64,000 nucleotides of DNA from Dehalococcoidia bacterium (GTDB lineage: Bacteria; Chloroflexota; Dehalococcoidia; Plut-88900): assembly GCA_965207225.1 (NCBI GenBank), contig CBDBLV010000005.1, positions 1,440,001 through 1,504,000 of the forward strand, in the 5' to 3' direction. Below the pieces are notes generated by a model that saw only the letters and a program-made list of their open reading frames with translations, was not told the origin of the DNA and did no database searches. Within the stretch, counting starts at the first letter, position 1; each line of letters opens with the position of its first letter. Shown piece by piece: positions 50,215 through 60,407 of the stretch. Both the position numbers and the translations under genes were made by a program.

Positions 50215-52602
50215 CTAGCGGTCTCCGCCACCCTCCCCCTTGGGCATCCGGTAGCCGACGCGGGGCTCGGTGAAGACGTAGGTGGGGTTCGAGGCATCGT
50301 CGCCCAGTTTGCGCCGCAGCTTGCGCACGATGGTGCGCATAGGCCTCAGGTCGCCAACGCCCCTCTCCCCCCACACTCGGTCCAGGAGATGTTCGTAGGT
50401 CAGCACCCGTCCGGCGCTGGCCGAGAGCTCGGTCAACATCCGGTACTCCAGGGGGAGCAAATGCACCGACCGACCGGCCACTGTCACCCTGCGGTCGGCA
50501 TAGTCGATGATCAGGTCTCCCAGCGCGTACGGCACCTGAGGTTCAGGGATCTCCCGTCGGCGAAGGGCCGCTGCGATCCTTGCCGAAAGTTCCGTCGGTG
50601 AGAAGGGCTTGACCACGTAATCGGCTGCGCCCATGTTGAGGGCCGTAGCGACGGTCTCGTCCCGTCCGTAGGCGGATAGGAAGATCACCGGCACGTCCAC
50701 CATCTCCAGCACATCCTTCATGAGCTCGATGCCGTCGGTCCCGGGAAGCATGATGTCCAACAGGACGAGATGAGGCCGCTCCTCCTCCACGAGGCGGAGC
50801 GCCTCTCCCGGGTCCCCGGTGACCGTAGGAGCGTAACCCGCCTGGATGAGGGTGTCCTGGACGTAGCGAAGGTCCTGGGGGTCGTCGTCCACCGCAAGGA
50901 CCCGTAACCGTTCTCCCTTCGCTTCCCGCTCATGCCGCGAAGAGCGCGCCGGCGCCGGCGCGCGTCCACTCCCAGCGCCACTCCCGGCGTCAGCAACCGT
51001 GGGCAAAGTGAAGGTGAAGCGGGCTCCGAGGCCAGGCCCGCGACTCTCCGCCCAGATGCGGCCGCCGTGGGCCTCCACGATGCCCTTGCAGATGGCCAGA
51101 CCCAGGCCTGTGTCCCCCGCCTGAACATCGGGCTGTATGCTGGAGAACTTGCGGAACAGGTGGGGCAGGCTTTCTAGCGGGATGCCACGTCCCTCGTCGG
51201 TCACCGAGACCGCCACGTGAACACCGTTCTCCACAGCGCTCACCCGGATCACCGACGACTCGGGGGAGTGGCGGGCCGCGTTGGAGAGCAGGTTGCCCAG
51301 CACCTGGATGACGTGCCGCCGGTCGGCCATCACCAGGGGAAGGTCCGGGGCGATGTCGATATCGAGCCGGTTTCGCCCCCCTGCGCTGGTGAAGACGCTT
51401 CTCGCCTGGCCTACCAGCACAGCCATCTGCGCGGGTTCGGGACTGACCGCCAGCGTGCCCGTCTCGATGCGGGCCACATCCAGGAGGTCGGAGACCAGGC
51501 GGTTCATGTGATCGGCCTGGTCCCCGATGATGCGGAAGAACTGGCGCACCACCGCCGGGTCCAGGTCCGTGGGCGACTCCAGCACCGTGGCGGTGGAGCC
51601 CTTGACGGCCGCCAGCGGCGTCCTGAGTTCATGGCTCACCATGGCTAGGAACTCGGCCCGCATGCGGTCCAGCTCCTCGACATTTGCCATGTCCTGCATG
51701 GTGACCACCACCGACTCCACTTTCCCCTGGCCGGAGCGTATGGGCGTGGCGTTGACGAGCACGGTCACGCTGCGCCCATCGGGCACGGCCATGACGATCT
51801 CCTCGGCGCGGACGGCCTCGCTCGAGCTCAGGACGCTGGCCAGGGGAAACTCCTGCAGGGAGACCTCGCTCCCGTCGGCCCTGCGCACGGTGAGCAGTCC
51901 CAGGAGGTCCTCCGGTGCTTGGTCGGGATCCCGCAACCCGTCGACGATCCTGCGGGCCTCCGGGTTGAAGGACGCTGGGGTCCCCGTTTTCATGTCGAAG
52001 ACGACGACGCCCACAGGGGAGGTATCGATGAGGGTCTCCAGTCCCGCCCTGGCCCGCTGCTCCTCTCGATAAGTGCGGGCGTTGGCGATGACCAGGGCTG
52101 CCTGGGATGCGAACATCTCCAGGATCTCCTCGTCGGCCTGGGTGAACTCCTCGCCGCCGTCCTTGTCGCCCACGAATATGTGGCCCGCCGGGACGCCCCG
52201 GTGGAACATCGGCGCCGCCATGAAGCGGAAGACCCCCACCGGCATGGGTATGGTGAACCCGGTGAAGCCCAGGTCCTGCAGGTGACTCGTCAAATCAGGG
52301 AGCCTCGTGGGTTCGGAGATGACGGTCAGGGCCTCGAAGATGCGCAGGCCATCCGGCAAAAGCCAGAGGGTCTGGGACTCCTCAGTGGTTAGCCCGGACG
52401 ACAGGAAGTCCTGCACCTCGCCATGGTCGTCGAGCAGTGTCATAACGCCGTATCGGGCGGCGGTCAGTGACCGGGCGGAGTCCAGCGCCCCCTGGAGCAC
52501 CGCGTCGAAGTCCAGGTTCTCGTTGATGCGCAGGCTGGCCTCACTCAGCCTGGAGAGGCGGTCGCGCAGGGCGGCTTCGTTCTCCGATATCGGTCGGTCC
52601 AA
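50215..52602 (-). CDS. Hybrid GAF-PAS-HK-REC-OmpR regulator (copy 3), divergent from the RiPP exporter operon
   Basis: Same motifs as copy 1. Start taken at TTG 52602 after a GAGGTG RBS (LDRPISENE). Confidence 0.92.
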   Translation of the reverse strand: MDRPISENEAALRDRLSRLSEASLRINENLDFDAVLQGALDSARSLTAARYGVMTLLDDHGEVQDFLSSGLTTEESQTLWLLPDGLRIFEALTVISEPTRLPDLTSHLQDLGFTGFTIPMPVGVFRFMAAPMFHRGVPAGHIFVGDKDGGEEFTQADEEILEMFASQAALVIANARTYREEQRARAGLETLIDTSPVGVVVFDMKTGTPASFNPEARRIVDGLRDPDQAPEDLLGLLTVRRADGSEVSLQEFPLASVLSSSEAVRAEEIVMAVPDGRSVTVLVNATPIRSGQGKVESVVVTMQDMANVEELDRMRAEFLAMVSHELRTPLAAVKGSTATVLESPTDLDPAVVRQFFRIIGDQADHMNRLVSDLLDVARIETGTLAVSPEPAQMAVLVGQARSVFTSAGGRNRLDIDIAPDLPLVMADRRHVIQVLGNLLSNAARHSPESSVIRVSAVENGVHVAVSVTDEGRGIPLESLPHLFRKFSSIQPDVQAGDTGLGLAICKGIVEAHGGRIWAESRGPGLGARFTFTLPTVADAGSGAGSGRAPAPARSSRHEREAKGERLRVLAVDDDPQDLRYVQDTLIQAGYAPTVTGDPGEALRLVEEERPHLVLLDIMLPGTDGIELMKDVLEMVDVPVIFLSAYGRDETVATALNMGAADYVVKPFSPTELSARIAAALRRREIPEPQVPYALGDLIIDYADRRVTVAGRSVHLLPLEYRMLTELSASAGRVLTYEHLLDRVWGERGVGDLRPMRTIVRKLRRKLGDDASNPTYVFTEPRVGYRMPKGEGGGDR

Positions 52603-52670
52603 CTGATCACCTCTATGCGACCGGGGAAGCACCCCTCTCCGGGGCCGCAGGGTATGGCGTCTATCGGGAT

Positions 52671-52760
52671 GATTATGCCAGTACTGGCGGTACATCACAA
52701 TAGGTCATACAAAACACATCGATAAGTCATGGCTATGTCATAAATGCGTAGTACGCTACC
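52671..52760. promoter_or_regulatory. Bidirectional promoter A with TCA(C/T) repeats
   Basis: CATAAT on the minus strand, four TCAY repeats spaced 10/22/11 bp, TACGCT -10 on the plus strand. Aligns ungapped to the reverse complement of 63537-63626. Confidence 0.75.
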
Positions 52761-53151
52761 AAGTGACTTTGCCCAAAAGAGGGGAGGTGCCCGTATGTCT
52801 CTCGACCGAAACGAGCCTAACCGGCGGGAGACGCCTGTCACCATCCCCCCGGTTCTCCCATCCTGAACAGGGGCGGCTCCGGCATGACACGGGCCCTATC
52901 CACCACCACGTCCTTCCCGCCCCCCGGCCGCCGCACCGGCGGTCTTGCCCGTTCATGGTGCTTCAGCCCGGGTAGGGCGGCTGCTCAGCGCTCTGCGGAA
53001 CATACAGCTCACCTCCGACGATCAACGGCTGCCGCTGACCTTGGGCGAACGTGGCAGGGACAGTCGAAAGGCGGGAGTTCACCGCTAGGGAGTCAGCGCC
53101 GGAACGTGTGACGTGACGGGGTCTGTCTGACGAAGGAAGGGGTTATACGCA

Positions 53152-54045
53152 GTGTTCTTCAACAGGCTATTTCGTGAAAAGGCCCTGGCAAGGCGACGGA
53201 GGCAGGAGCCGCTCGACGACCGGTTGCAGGTAACGGCCCCCCACGAGTGGCTGTTGGTGGCCGGGCTGGGCGTGATGTTCCTGGCGCTGCTCGTGTACGG
53301 CGCTGTTGGCAGCGTCGAGCGCAGCCTCTCCTACGATGCGGTGGTGGTCTTTCCCGGCGAGCGCCACACGGTGTCCGCACCTGTCTCCGGCACGGTGATG
53401 GAAGTCCTGGCGGAAGTGGGAGACACCATTGAGCCGGGACAGGTCATCGCCCGGGTTCGCACGGCCGTGGAGCAACAGAGGGAATCCCAGGCGCGTCGGC
53501 TCTCCGAGTTGCTGACGGAGCAGGCGGGCCAAGACGACGAAACGGAGCTGTTCATGCTCCTGCTGGCGCTGGCGGGCGAAGGGGGCGCAGTAGGATCCGA
53601 CGCTGCGGTGAATGTCGTCAGTGTGGCCGGGGGCGAGATCATGACCCTGAGCCTCGCGCCGGGGACGCCCGTCGGCGCCGGTGAGCCGGTGGCGCTGGTA
53701 CGGGCTGCTGCCTCCGGCACCCCCGAAGCCCTTGCGCTGGTGCCGTCCGATGATGCCTGGCGCATCGAGGTTGGGATGGGGGCGCGGGTCAGCGTAACGT
53801 GGGTCAACCGGGAGGCCGGAACCTACCCGGCAGAGGTGGCCGCCGTCTCCGAGCGTGCTGTCACGCCTCCTGCGTGGCTCGACGCGTTGGGCCTGTCTGC
53901 GCAGGCCGGTTCCCATCTGGTGCGCGTGCCGCTAACGGATGACGGCGTGACAGACCTCGTGGCGGACGGCTCCACGGGGTCGCTTCGCGTGGTGGTGGGA
54001 CGGAGTTCTTTCCTGTCCCTCCTTGCGCCGGGAGGCGGCTACTGA
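53152..54045 (+). CDS. NHLM bacteriocin system secretion protein (HlyD-like)
   Basis: LFREKAL...EPLDDRLQVT..W motif, TM helix, barrel-sandwich hybrid (APVSGTV...VGD). Confidence 0.88.
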   Translation: MFFNRLFREKALARRRRQEPLDDRLQVTAPHEWLLVAGLGVMFLALLVYGAVGSVERSLSYDAVVVFPGERHTVSAPVSGTVMEVLAEVGDTIEPGQVIARVRTAVEQQRESQARRLSELLTEQAGQDDETELFMLLLALAGEGGAVGSDAAVNVVSVAGGEIMTLSLAPGTPVGAGEPVALVRAAASGTPEALALVPSDDAWRIEVGMGARVSVTWVNREAGTYPAEVAAVSERAVTPPAWLDALGLSAQAGSHLVRVPLTDDGVTDLVADGSTGSLRVVVGRSSFLSLLAPGGGY

Positions 54046-56246
54046 TGCGGATGCCGTACCTGATTGGCGGGCGCCGCGGGCCCCGCAGGGCGCGGACGCC
54101 CCTGATGCTACAGATGGAGGACACCGAGTGCGGCGCCGTCTGCCTGGGCATCGTCCTAGCCTACTTCGGGCGTTGGGTCTCCGTGGAGGAGCTGCGCGAG
54201 TCGTGCGCCGTCAACAGGGACGGCTGTGACGCCGCCGACATCACGCGCGCCGCCCGCGGCTACGGGCTGGAGTCACGGGGCTGGCGCCGGGAGCCGGAAC
54301 AACTCGGCGACATGACCATGCCGCTGATCATCTTCTGGGAGTTCAACCACTTCCTGGTGCTGGAGGGGATCCGGGCAGGCAACTACCTGGTGAACGACCC
54401 GGCCAACGGACACCGGACGCTGACCGCCGAGGAGTTCGACCAGGGGTTCACCGGAATCGCGCTGAGCTTCGAGGCCGGACCGGACTTTCGTCCCGGAGGC
54501 TCCCGCCCCGGCGTCGTCCGCAGGCTGTGGCCCTGGCTCTCGGACGTGACCGGGCCGCTGGCATTCGCGCTGTTCTGCGGGCTTCTGCTGTCGCTCCCGG
54601 TCGCCGCCCTGCCGTTCCTGCTGAGCGTCTTCGTCGACCACGTGCTGAGCGGGCGGGAGCCCCAGTGGGGAGCTGCGCTGGCGGGAGGAGTGGCTCTGGC
54701 CGGCGGCCTGGTGTACCTGCTGACCTGGCTGCGGCAGCGCTGCCTCAGACTCCTGGCCGTGCGGCTCTCGGTGGACCACGCAGACCGCTTCATCAGACGG
54801 CTGTTCCGTCTGAAGATGCGGTTCTTCACCAACCGATACGGCGGTGATCTGACCTCCCGGATCCAGCTGATCGACCAGGTCTCCAAGGTGGCGACCGAGC
54901 AGTTCGTCGGGGTGGCCATCGAGCTGGTCACCAGCGCCGTATTCCTGCTGTTCCTGTTCCTGTACGACCCGTTGCTGGCCGGGGCGGTGGCGGCGCTGGG
55001 CGCGGTCAACCTGTATGTCATGCGCCTGCTCACCCGGGGACGGGTGGGCGAGAACCGACGCCTCCAGCGCGAGCAGGGCAAGCTGCAGGGCGTGGGGATG
55101 TACGGCCTGAGCAATATCGACACCCTGCAGTCGACCTCCGGCGAGGTCGGGTTCTTCTCCCACTGGAGCGGCTACCAGGCCAGGGAGCTGCTGGCCCGCC
55201 AGCGCTTCGCGGAGATAGGGCACCTCATGGGAGCACTGCCGGGCGTGTTCGTGATCCTGGGCAACGCCGTCGTGCTGGGGGTGGCGGGCTGGCGCGTGAT
55301 GGAGGGCGACATGTCCCTGGGCATGATGATGGGGTGCTACGTCCTGGCGACGTACTTCCTGATGCCCATCGGACGTCTGGCGCTGTTCGCCGACCTGTTC
55401 CAGGTCCTGGAGGCCAACCTCCAACGGATCGAGGACGTGATGGATGCCCCGGAGGACGCCTACTTCCAGGAGGACGGAGAGCGGCCCTCCGAGAGCAGCG
55501 CCGCTCTCAGCCGGACGGTGCGCCTGAGCGGGCAGCTTGAGTTGCGCAACGTGGAGTTTGGTCACAAGGCGAACCGGGAGCCGATGTTCCAGGACTTCAA
55601 TCTGACCATAGAGCCGGGCCAGAGGGTTGCCCTCGTCGGCCCGTCCGGGTCCGGCAAGTCGACGCTGGCGCTGCTGGCGGCGGGCGTCCACCAGCCCTGG
55701 TCGGGAGCGGTCCTCCTGGACGGCCACCCTCGCTCTGAAGTCCCCCGCAACCTGCTCGGCAGCTCGGTGGCCATGGTAGACCAGCGCATATTCCTATTCG
55801 CCGGCACCGTGCGGGAGAACCTGAGCCTGTGGAACCTTGAGATCCCCGAGCATGACCTGGTTGCCGCGGCCGCCGACGCGGCCATCCACGACGAGATCAT
55901 GGCGCGGGCGCAGGGCTATGATGCGCCCGTGGACGAGGGTGGGCGGAACTTCAGCGGCGGCCAGCGCCAACGCCTAGAGATTGCCCGCGCCCTGGTGGGC
56001 AACCCGTCTTTGCTGATACTGGACGAGGCCACCAGCGCGCTGGACCCGATAACCGAAGTGCGCATCGACGAAGCCCTTCGCCGGCGCGGATGCGCCTGCC
56101 TGATAGTGGCGCACCGCCTCAGCACCATCCGCGACTGCGACCTGATAGTGGTCTTGGACGGCGGGCGGGAAGTTCAGCGGGGCACGCACACCGAGCTGAT
56201 GACGGACCGGGACGGCCTCTACCGCCACCTGATGGAGACGGAATGA
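54045..56246 (+). CDS. NHLM-type ABC exporter with C39 peptidase
   Basis: LQMEDTECGA (catalytic Cys), WEFNHFLV, NDPA; TM domain; GPSGSGKS, FSGGQRQR, LDEATSALD. Confidence 0.95.
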   Translation: MRMPYLIGGRRGPRRARTPLMLQMEDTECGAVCLGIVLAYFGRWVSVEELRESCAVNRDGCDAADITRAARGYGLESRGWRREPEQLGDMTMPLIIFWEFNHFLVLEGIRAGNYLVNDPANGHRTLTAEEFDQGFTGIALSFEAGPDFRPGGSRPGVVRRLWPWLSDVTGPLAFALFCGLLLSLPVAALPFLLSVFVDHVLSGREPQWGAALAGGVALAGGLVYLLTWLRQRCLRLLAVRLSVDHADRFIRRLFRLKMRFFTNRYGGDLTSRIQLIDQVSKVATEQFVGVAIELVTSAVFLLFLFLYDPLLAGAVAALGAVNLYVMRLLTRGRVGENRRLQREQGKLQGVGMYGLSNIDTLQSTSGEVGFFSHWSGYQARELLARQRFAEIGHLMGALPGVFVILGNAVVLGVAGWRVMEGDMSLGMMMGCYVLATYFLMPIGRLALFADLFQVLEANLQRIEDVMDAPEDAYFQEDGERPSESSAALSRTVRLSGQLELRNVEFGHKANREPMFQDFNLTIEPGQRVALVGPSGSGKSTLALLAAGVHQPWSGAVLLDGHPRSEVPRNLLGSSVAMVDQRIFLFAGTVRENLSLWNLEIPEHDLVAAAADAAIHDEIMARAQGYDAPVDEGGRNFSGGQRQRLEIARALVGNPSLLILDEATSALDPITEVRIDEALRRRGCACLIVAHRLSTIRDCDLIVVLDGGREVQRGTHTELMTDRDGLYRHLMETE

Positions 56247-59182
56247 GCAGCGACTTCGAAAAGGCCATCGACGCGACGGCTACGCACCGCATGGCCCAGC
56301 TGGCGCTCGCCCGCGGGGAACCAGCCCCCGGTGGCGGCAACCGCCCCATCCACCTCTCCGACCCCGGTGTCATGTGCTTCGTGGAGGAGGGACCGGTGGA
56401 CGTGTTCGCGGCCCGACGCCGGGCCGACGGGGTGCCGGCCAACTTCAAGCATCTGCTGCGTGCCGGAACCGGGCGGCTGCTGTTTCCCGCCGCGGAGAGC
56501 CTGACCGGGACGGTGCTGGTGATCAAGGGCCTTCCCGGCTCCGCGCTGCGCCTGTTGCCTCTGGACGCGCTCGACGGCGCCGGGTGCGATGGACTGGTCG
56601 TCGAGCAGGCGTGGGACTGGGTCTCCGAGGTCTCCGAGGCGGTGACGCGAGAGTTCACCTATCGCCCGCGCATAGACCGGCTCCTGTCTACGGAGCGGGT
56701 GGAGCAGCCGGTGGAGGCCGGGCAGGCGCTGTCGGCGCGCCGGGGCGTAGTGTGGGTGTCCAGCGGTGACGGGAGCCTTGTCTACCTCGGCACCGAAGAG
56801 GGTGACCCGGACGGCCCCGGCGTGGTCCCGGTCACGTCCGCGAGCTGGGTGACGGCGTCGAAGGATGCCGCGGTGCGCTGCCTCTCCACGACGGAGCTCC
56901 ACGGGGAGGGGCGGCTTATGTCCGCCCTGACGGCCTTCAACGATCTGGCCCTGAGCGCCGACGACCTCAACCGGCGCCTGCTCCTGGCCGACGTCGCCAA
57001 CTTGCAGACGAGCACCGCCGAGTACCGCCAGAGGGGTGAAGAGAACGCACGCCGCCGCCTCTTCGGGGTGCTGGGACCCGGGGTTGGGCGAGAGGGAGAC
57101 GACCTGGCCCTCCCCGGGGCGCTGCAACTGGTCGGCCGCTACGAGGGCATCGCCTTCCGCATGCCCCATGGCCCGGCGCAGCGCCCGGGGTCCGCCGCAG
57201 AAGGGCCGTCGCTGGCCGACGTCCTGCTGGCCTCCGGGGTGCGCATGAGACGGATCGCCCTGCGCATGGAGCAACGCTGGTGGCAGGGGGACAGCGGCGC
57301 GATGCTCGCCATCCGCGCGGGAGACGGCGCGCCCGTGGCCCTCTTGCCGGGGCCCCTGGGATACTACCGGATGGTCGAGCCGGAGTCCGGCCGCCTCCGG
57401 CGGGTCACCGCCCGGCGGGCAGAGTCGCTGGAGCGGGAGGCCTATTTCTTCTACTGTCCGCTGCCCGACGACGAACCGGTCGGGGCCCGGCAGCTGTCCG
57501 GGTTGGCATTCCACCGGGTGGGGGCCGACTTTGTCCGGATGGTCGGGGCCGGGATGCTTGCCGGCCTCGCAATGCTGGTGCCTGCCGTCCTCCTCGGGGC
57601 CTTCGTGGGGCGGGCGCTGCCCTCCGGCTCCCTGCAGATGCTGGGGGCGCTGACCCTGGGAGCCGTTCTCATCGCCCTGCTCCTGGGTGTGCTGCAGATG
57701 TTCCAGGGCACGGCGCTGATGAGGCTGGAGGGCCGGGTGACGGCGCGCGCCGGAGCGGCAATGTGGCACCGGATGCTGGACCTGCCGTCGGGGTTCTTCC
57801 GACGCTTCACCGCCGGCGACCTGGCCACGCGGGCGATGGCGTTCTACGAGCTGCGGGACCAGGTGTCGGGAGTCGTCGTGGGCGCGCTGCTATCGGTCCT
57901 CTTCCTGCTCCCCACCTTCGCCCTGCTCTTCCTGTATAACGCCGCCCTGGGCTGGCTGTGCCTTGGTCTGGGACTGGTCTGCCTGGGCGTCACCCTCGCG
58001 CTGGGCCTGATGCAGACGCCATACCATCGCCGTCGGCTGGCCGTCACCCGGCGGCTGGCGGGGACGCTGCTCCAGCTGATAGGCGGGGTGGGCAAGCTGC
58101 GGACCGCGGGCGCCGAGGGAATGGCCTTCATCATGTGGGCCCGGGGATACCGGGAGCAGAAGCAGACGGAGATGAGGCTGGGGGCGTACCAGGAGCACCT
58201 GATGGCCTTCACCGCGGCCGTGCCGCTGCTCGCCTCCGCAGCGCTGTTCGCCCTGGCATTGACGATTGGCGGGGACGACCTGGCAGTGGGCGGCTTTCTG
58301 GTGGTGTACGCCGCCTTCATGGTGTTCAATGGCGCGGTCGTCCAGCTCGGCGGGGCCTTCTCCGCCCTCGCCGCCATACTCCCTGCCGTGCAGCAGGTGC
58401 AGCCCATCCTGGCCCAGCGCCCCCGCAACGTCTCCTCGGACCTTCCAGCCCCCGAGCTGAAGGGCGAGGTGCTGCTGGACCGCGTGAGCTTCCGCTACTC
58501 TGACGACGGGCCGCTGATCCTCAACGACGTGACCATCCACGCCCTGCCGGGAGAGTTCATCGCCCTGGTCGGGGAGTCGGGCGCGGGAAAGAGCACGATA
58601 TTCCGTCTGGCCCTGGGACTTGAGAGGCCGCAGCTCGGCGCCGTCTACTACGACGGCCACGACTTGAACAGGCTCAACTGGAGCTCGGTGCGCAGCAGGA
58701 TCGGCACTGTCCCTCAGGACGCCCACCTGCGCCCACAGACGATTCTGGACAACATCATCGGCATCGACGGGGAGCTGAACGAGGACGACGCATGGCGGGC
58801 CGCCAGGCTGGCACGGGTGGAAGCCGACATCGCGGCAATGCCCATGCGCATGTACACCGTCAGCAGCGAGAGCGCCGCGGCCTTCTCCGGCGGCCAGGTG
58901 CAGCGCTTCATGCTGGCCGCCGCCCTGGCTCGGGATCCCAAGGTGCTGCTGCTGGACGAGGCGACCAACTGGCTCGACAACCGGACCCAGGCCGACATCA
59001 TGGAGCAGATCGAGCAGCTCTCCGTGACCCGCATCATCAGCGCCCATCGCCTGTCCACCATTCGGCGGGCCGACCGCATCTACGTGCTCCAGGGCGGGCG
59101 GGTTGTCCAGGAGGGGACCTTCGAAGGGCTGATGGAACAGGAAGGCGTCTTCCGGGACCTGGTCAGGCGGCAACTGACGTGA
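56243..59182 (+). CDS. NHLM-type ABC transporter, second subunit
   Basis: ATGA overlap with the previous gene; WWQGDSGAMLA; GESGAGKS, FSGGQ, LDEATN. Confidence 0.93.
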   Translation: MSSDFEKAIDATATHRMAQLALARGEPAPGGGNRPIHLSDPGVMCFVEEGPVDVFAARRRADGVPANFKHLLRAGTGRLLFPAAESLTGTVLVIKGLPGSALRLLPLDALDGAGCDGLVVEQAWDWVSEVSEAVTREFTYRPRIDRLLSTERVEQPVEAGQALSARRGVVWVSSGDGSLVYLGTEEGDPDGPGVVPVTSASWVTASKDAAVRCLSTTELHGEGRLMSALTAFNDLALSADDLNRRLLLADVANLQTSTAEYRQRGEENARRRLFGVLGPGVGREGDDLALPGALQLVGRYEGIAFRMPHGPAQRPGSAAEGPSLADVLLASGVRMRRIALRMEQRWWQGDSGAMLAIRAGDGAPVALLPGPLGYYRMVEPESGRLRRVTARRAESLEREAYFFYCPLPDDEPVGARQLSGLAFHRVGADFVRMVGAGMLAGLAMLVPAVLLGAFVGRALPSGSLQMLGALTLGAVLIALLLGVLQMFQGTALMRLEGRVTARAGAAMWHRMLDLPSGFFRRFTAGDLATRAMAFYELRDQVSGVVVGALLSVLFLLPTFALLFLYNAALGWLCLGLGLVCLGVTLALGLMQTPYHRRRLAVTRRLAGTLLQLIGGVGKLRTAGAEGMAFIMWARGYREQKQTEMRLGAYQEHLMAFTAAVPLLASAALFALALTIGGDDLAVGGFLVVYAAFMVFNGAVVQLGGAFSALAAILPAVQQVQPILAQRPRNVSSDLPAPELKGEVLLDRVSFRYSDDGPLILNDVTIHALPGEFIALVGESGAGKSTIFRLALGLERPQLGAVYYDGHDLNRLNWSSVRSRIGTVPQDAHLRPQTILDNIIGIDGELNEDDAWRAARLARVEADIAAMPMRMYTVSSESAAAFSGGQVQRFMLAAALARDPKVLLLDEATNWLDNRTQADIMEQIEQLSVTRIISAHRLSTIRRADRIYVLQGGRVVQEGTFEGLMEQEGVFRDLVRRQLT

Positions 59183-59247
59183 GTCGCCCGTCCCGCCAGA
59201 TAAACGATGGAGGCATGGAGGAGGCAGACGAGAGTGAGGAGGACTGC

Positions 59248-60339
59248 ATGAAGGCAAGCGAGACAGGGCCGGGAAGCGGGCTCTCCAGCGAGGCGCCCCA
59301 CGGCTCCTTTGGCGAGTTCCTGGCGGAGCTGCACAGCCTGTTTCCTTCCGCGCTGCTCAGCGGACCCGGCTGGGAGCGTCTGCTGGTGCTGGCGCATCGC
59401 CTGCCCATCCACGTGTTCGACCAACGTTTCGGTTTCGAGTTCGATCTGTGCGTCCCCGACCCGGCGGCGGACTTCTGCGTGGTGCCGCCTCCCGGCTCCC
59501 GTCTTGCCGAGTTCTACGCCCAGCAGGGCCAGCTTGCCCCACGGGGGTCCGCAGAGGCCGCGCTGGGGGCGTTTCTCGCCGAACAGTCAAGCGACCCGCA
59601 GGCTTTTCTGGCAGGGCGAAACGGCGGCGTGATACTCGAGTACGATCTGGCCGGGATTCCGTCGGAGCAACCGGCCTCGCCCGGGATCTTCATAGTGCCT
59701 CGGGATGCGCAGGAAGAGTCCTGCATTGAGGGGTTATTCGGCGACCTGGAGCCTGTCATAGCCGCCCTGTGGGCGGTCGCCGGGTGGACGCCCGACGCCG
59801 CGATCCTGCGGCAGGTACGCCGGGTCTACCAGACCATGCCCCCGATGGGCTTGGTCACCCAGGCAGGCGTCCTGCCCAGCCGCGCGCAACGGGCGGTCCG
59901 TCTCATCATAGGCACGGGTTCCGGCACAGATGCCGTTGAGCTCTTGTCACGGCTCGGGTGGTCCGGTCCCCCTGCGGACGTGCTCGCCGTGTACGAGAGC
60001 CTGGAGGAGATGACGAGCCCGGGCGTCAGCCTGAGCGTTGACGTTACCGCGGAGGGGGTATCTCCCCGCCTTGGATTGGAGTTCCACCGGCCCGCCCAGT
60101 GGTACGAGCTGGACCGCTCCGGGTGGAATCGGCTGGTCGATCGGTTGGAAGAGAGGGGATGGTGCCTTCCGGGGAAGGCCCGCGGTCTGAAGGCATGGCC
60201 GCGAGTGGAGCAGGTCTTCGATCAAGCCGGAGTGTTCATGGTCCGGCAGAGCATCAATCATGTAAAGGTGGTTGTGAACCGCGGAAGAACTGAGGCCAAA
60301 GCCTACGCCGGCACGGCTATCTCGAAGGCGATCCCGTAG
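59248..60339 (+). CDS. Uncharacterised RiPP maturase, putative PT-barrel (ABBA) prenyltransferase
   Basis: Last gene of the exporter operon. Motifs GFEFDL..ADF, LEYD, R..RL, RLGLEF, NHVKV, EAKAY. Alternative start GTG at 59179. The function is an inference. Confidence 0.6.
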   Translation: MKASETGPGSGLSSEAPHGSFGEFLAELHSLFPSALLSGPGWERLLVLAHRLPIHVFDQRFGFEFDLCVPDPAADFCVVPPPGSRLAEFYAQQGQLAPRGSAEAALGAFLAEQSSDPQAFLAGRNGGVILEYDLAGIPSEQPASPGIFIVPRDAQEESCIEGLFGDLEPVIAALWAVAGWTPDAAILRQVRRVYQTMPPMGLVTQAGVLPSRAQRAVRLIIGTGSGTDAVELLSRLGWSGPPADVLAVYESLEEMTSPGVSLSVDVTAEGVSPRLGLEFHRPAQWYELDRSGWNRLVDRLEERGWCLPGKARGLKAWPRVEQVFDQAGVFMVRQSINHVKVVVNRGRTEAKAYAGTAISKAIP

Positions 60340-60407
60340 GCCTGCGCCGCGCCGTTAACGGCCAGCCGCCGATCGACCCTGTCGTCGCCGATATGCCTGC
60401 CGCGTTA

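Noticed and set aside
54273-59257. Long antisense ORFs (484, 516 and 455 aa) and similar shadows over the PKS and kinases
   Set aside because: These are GC-rich shadow frames opposite well-supported genes.
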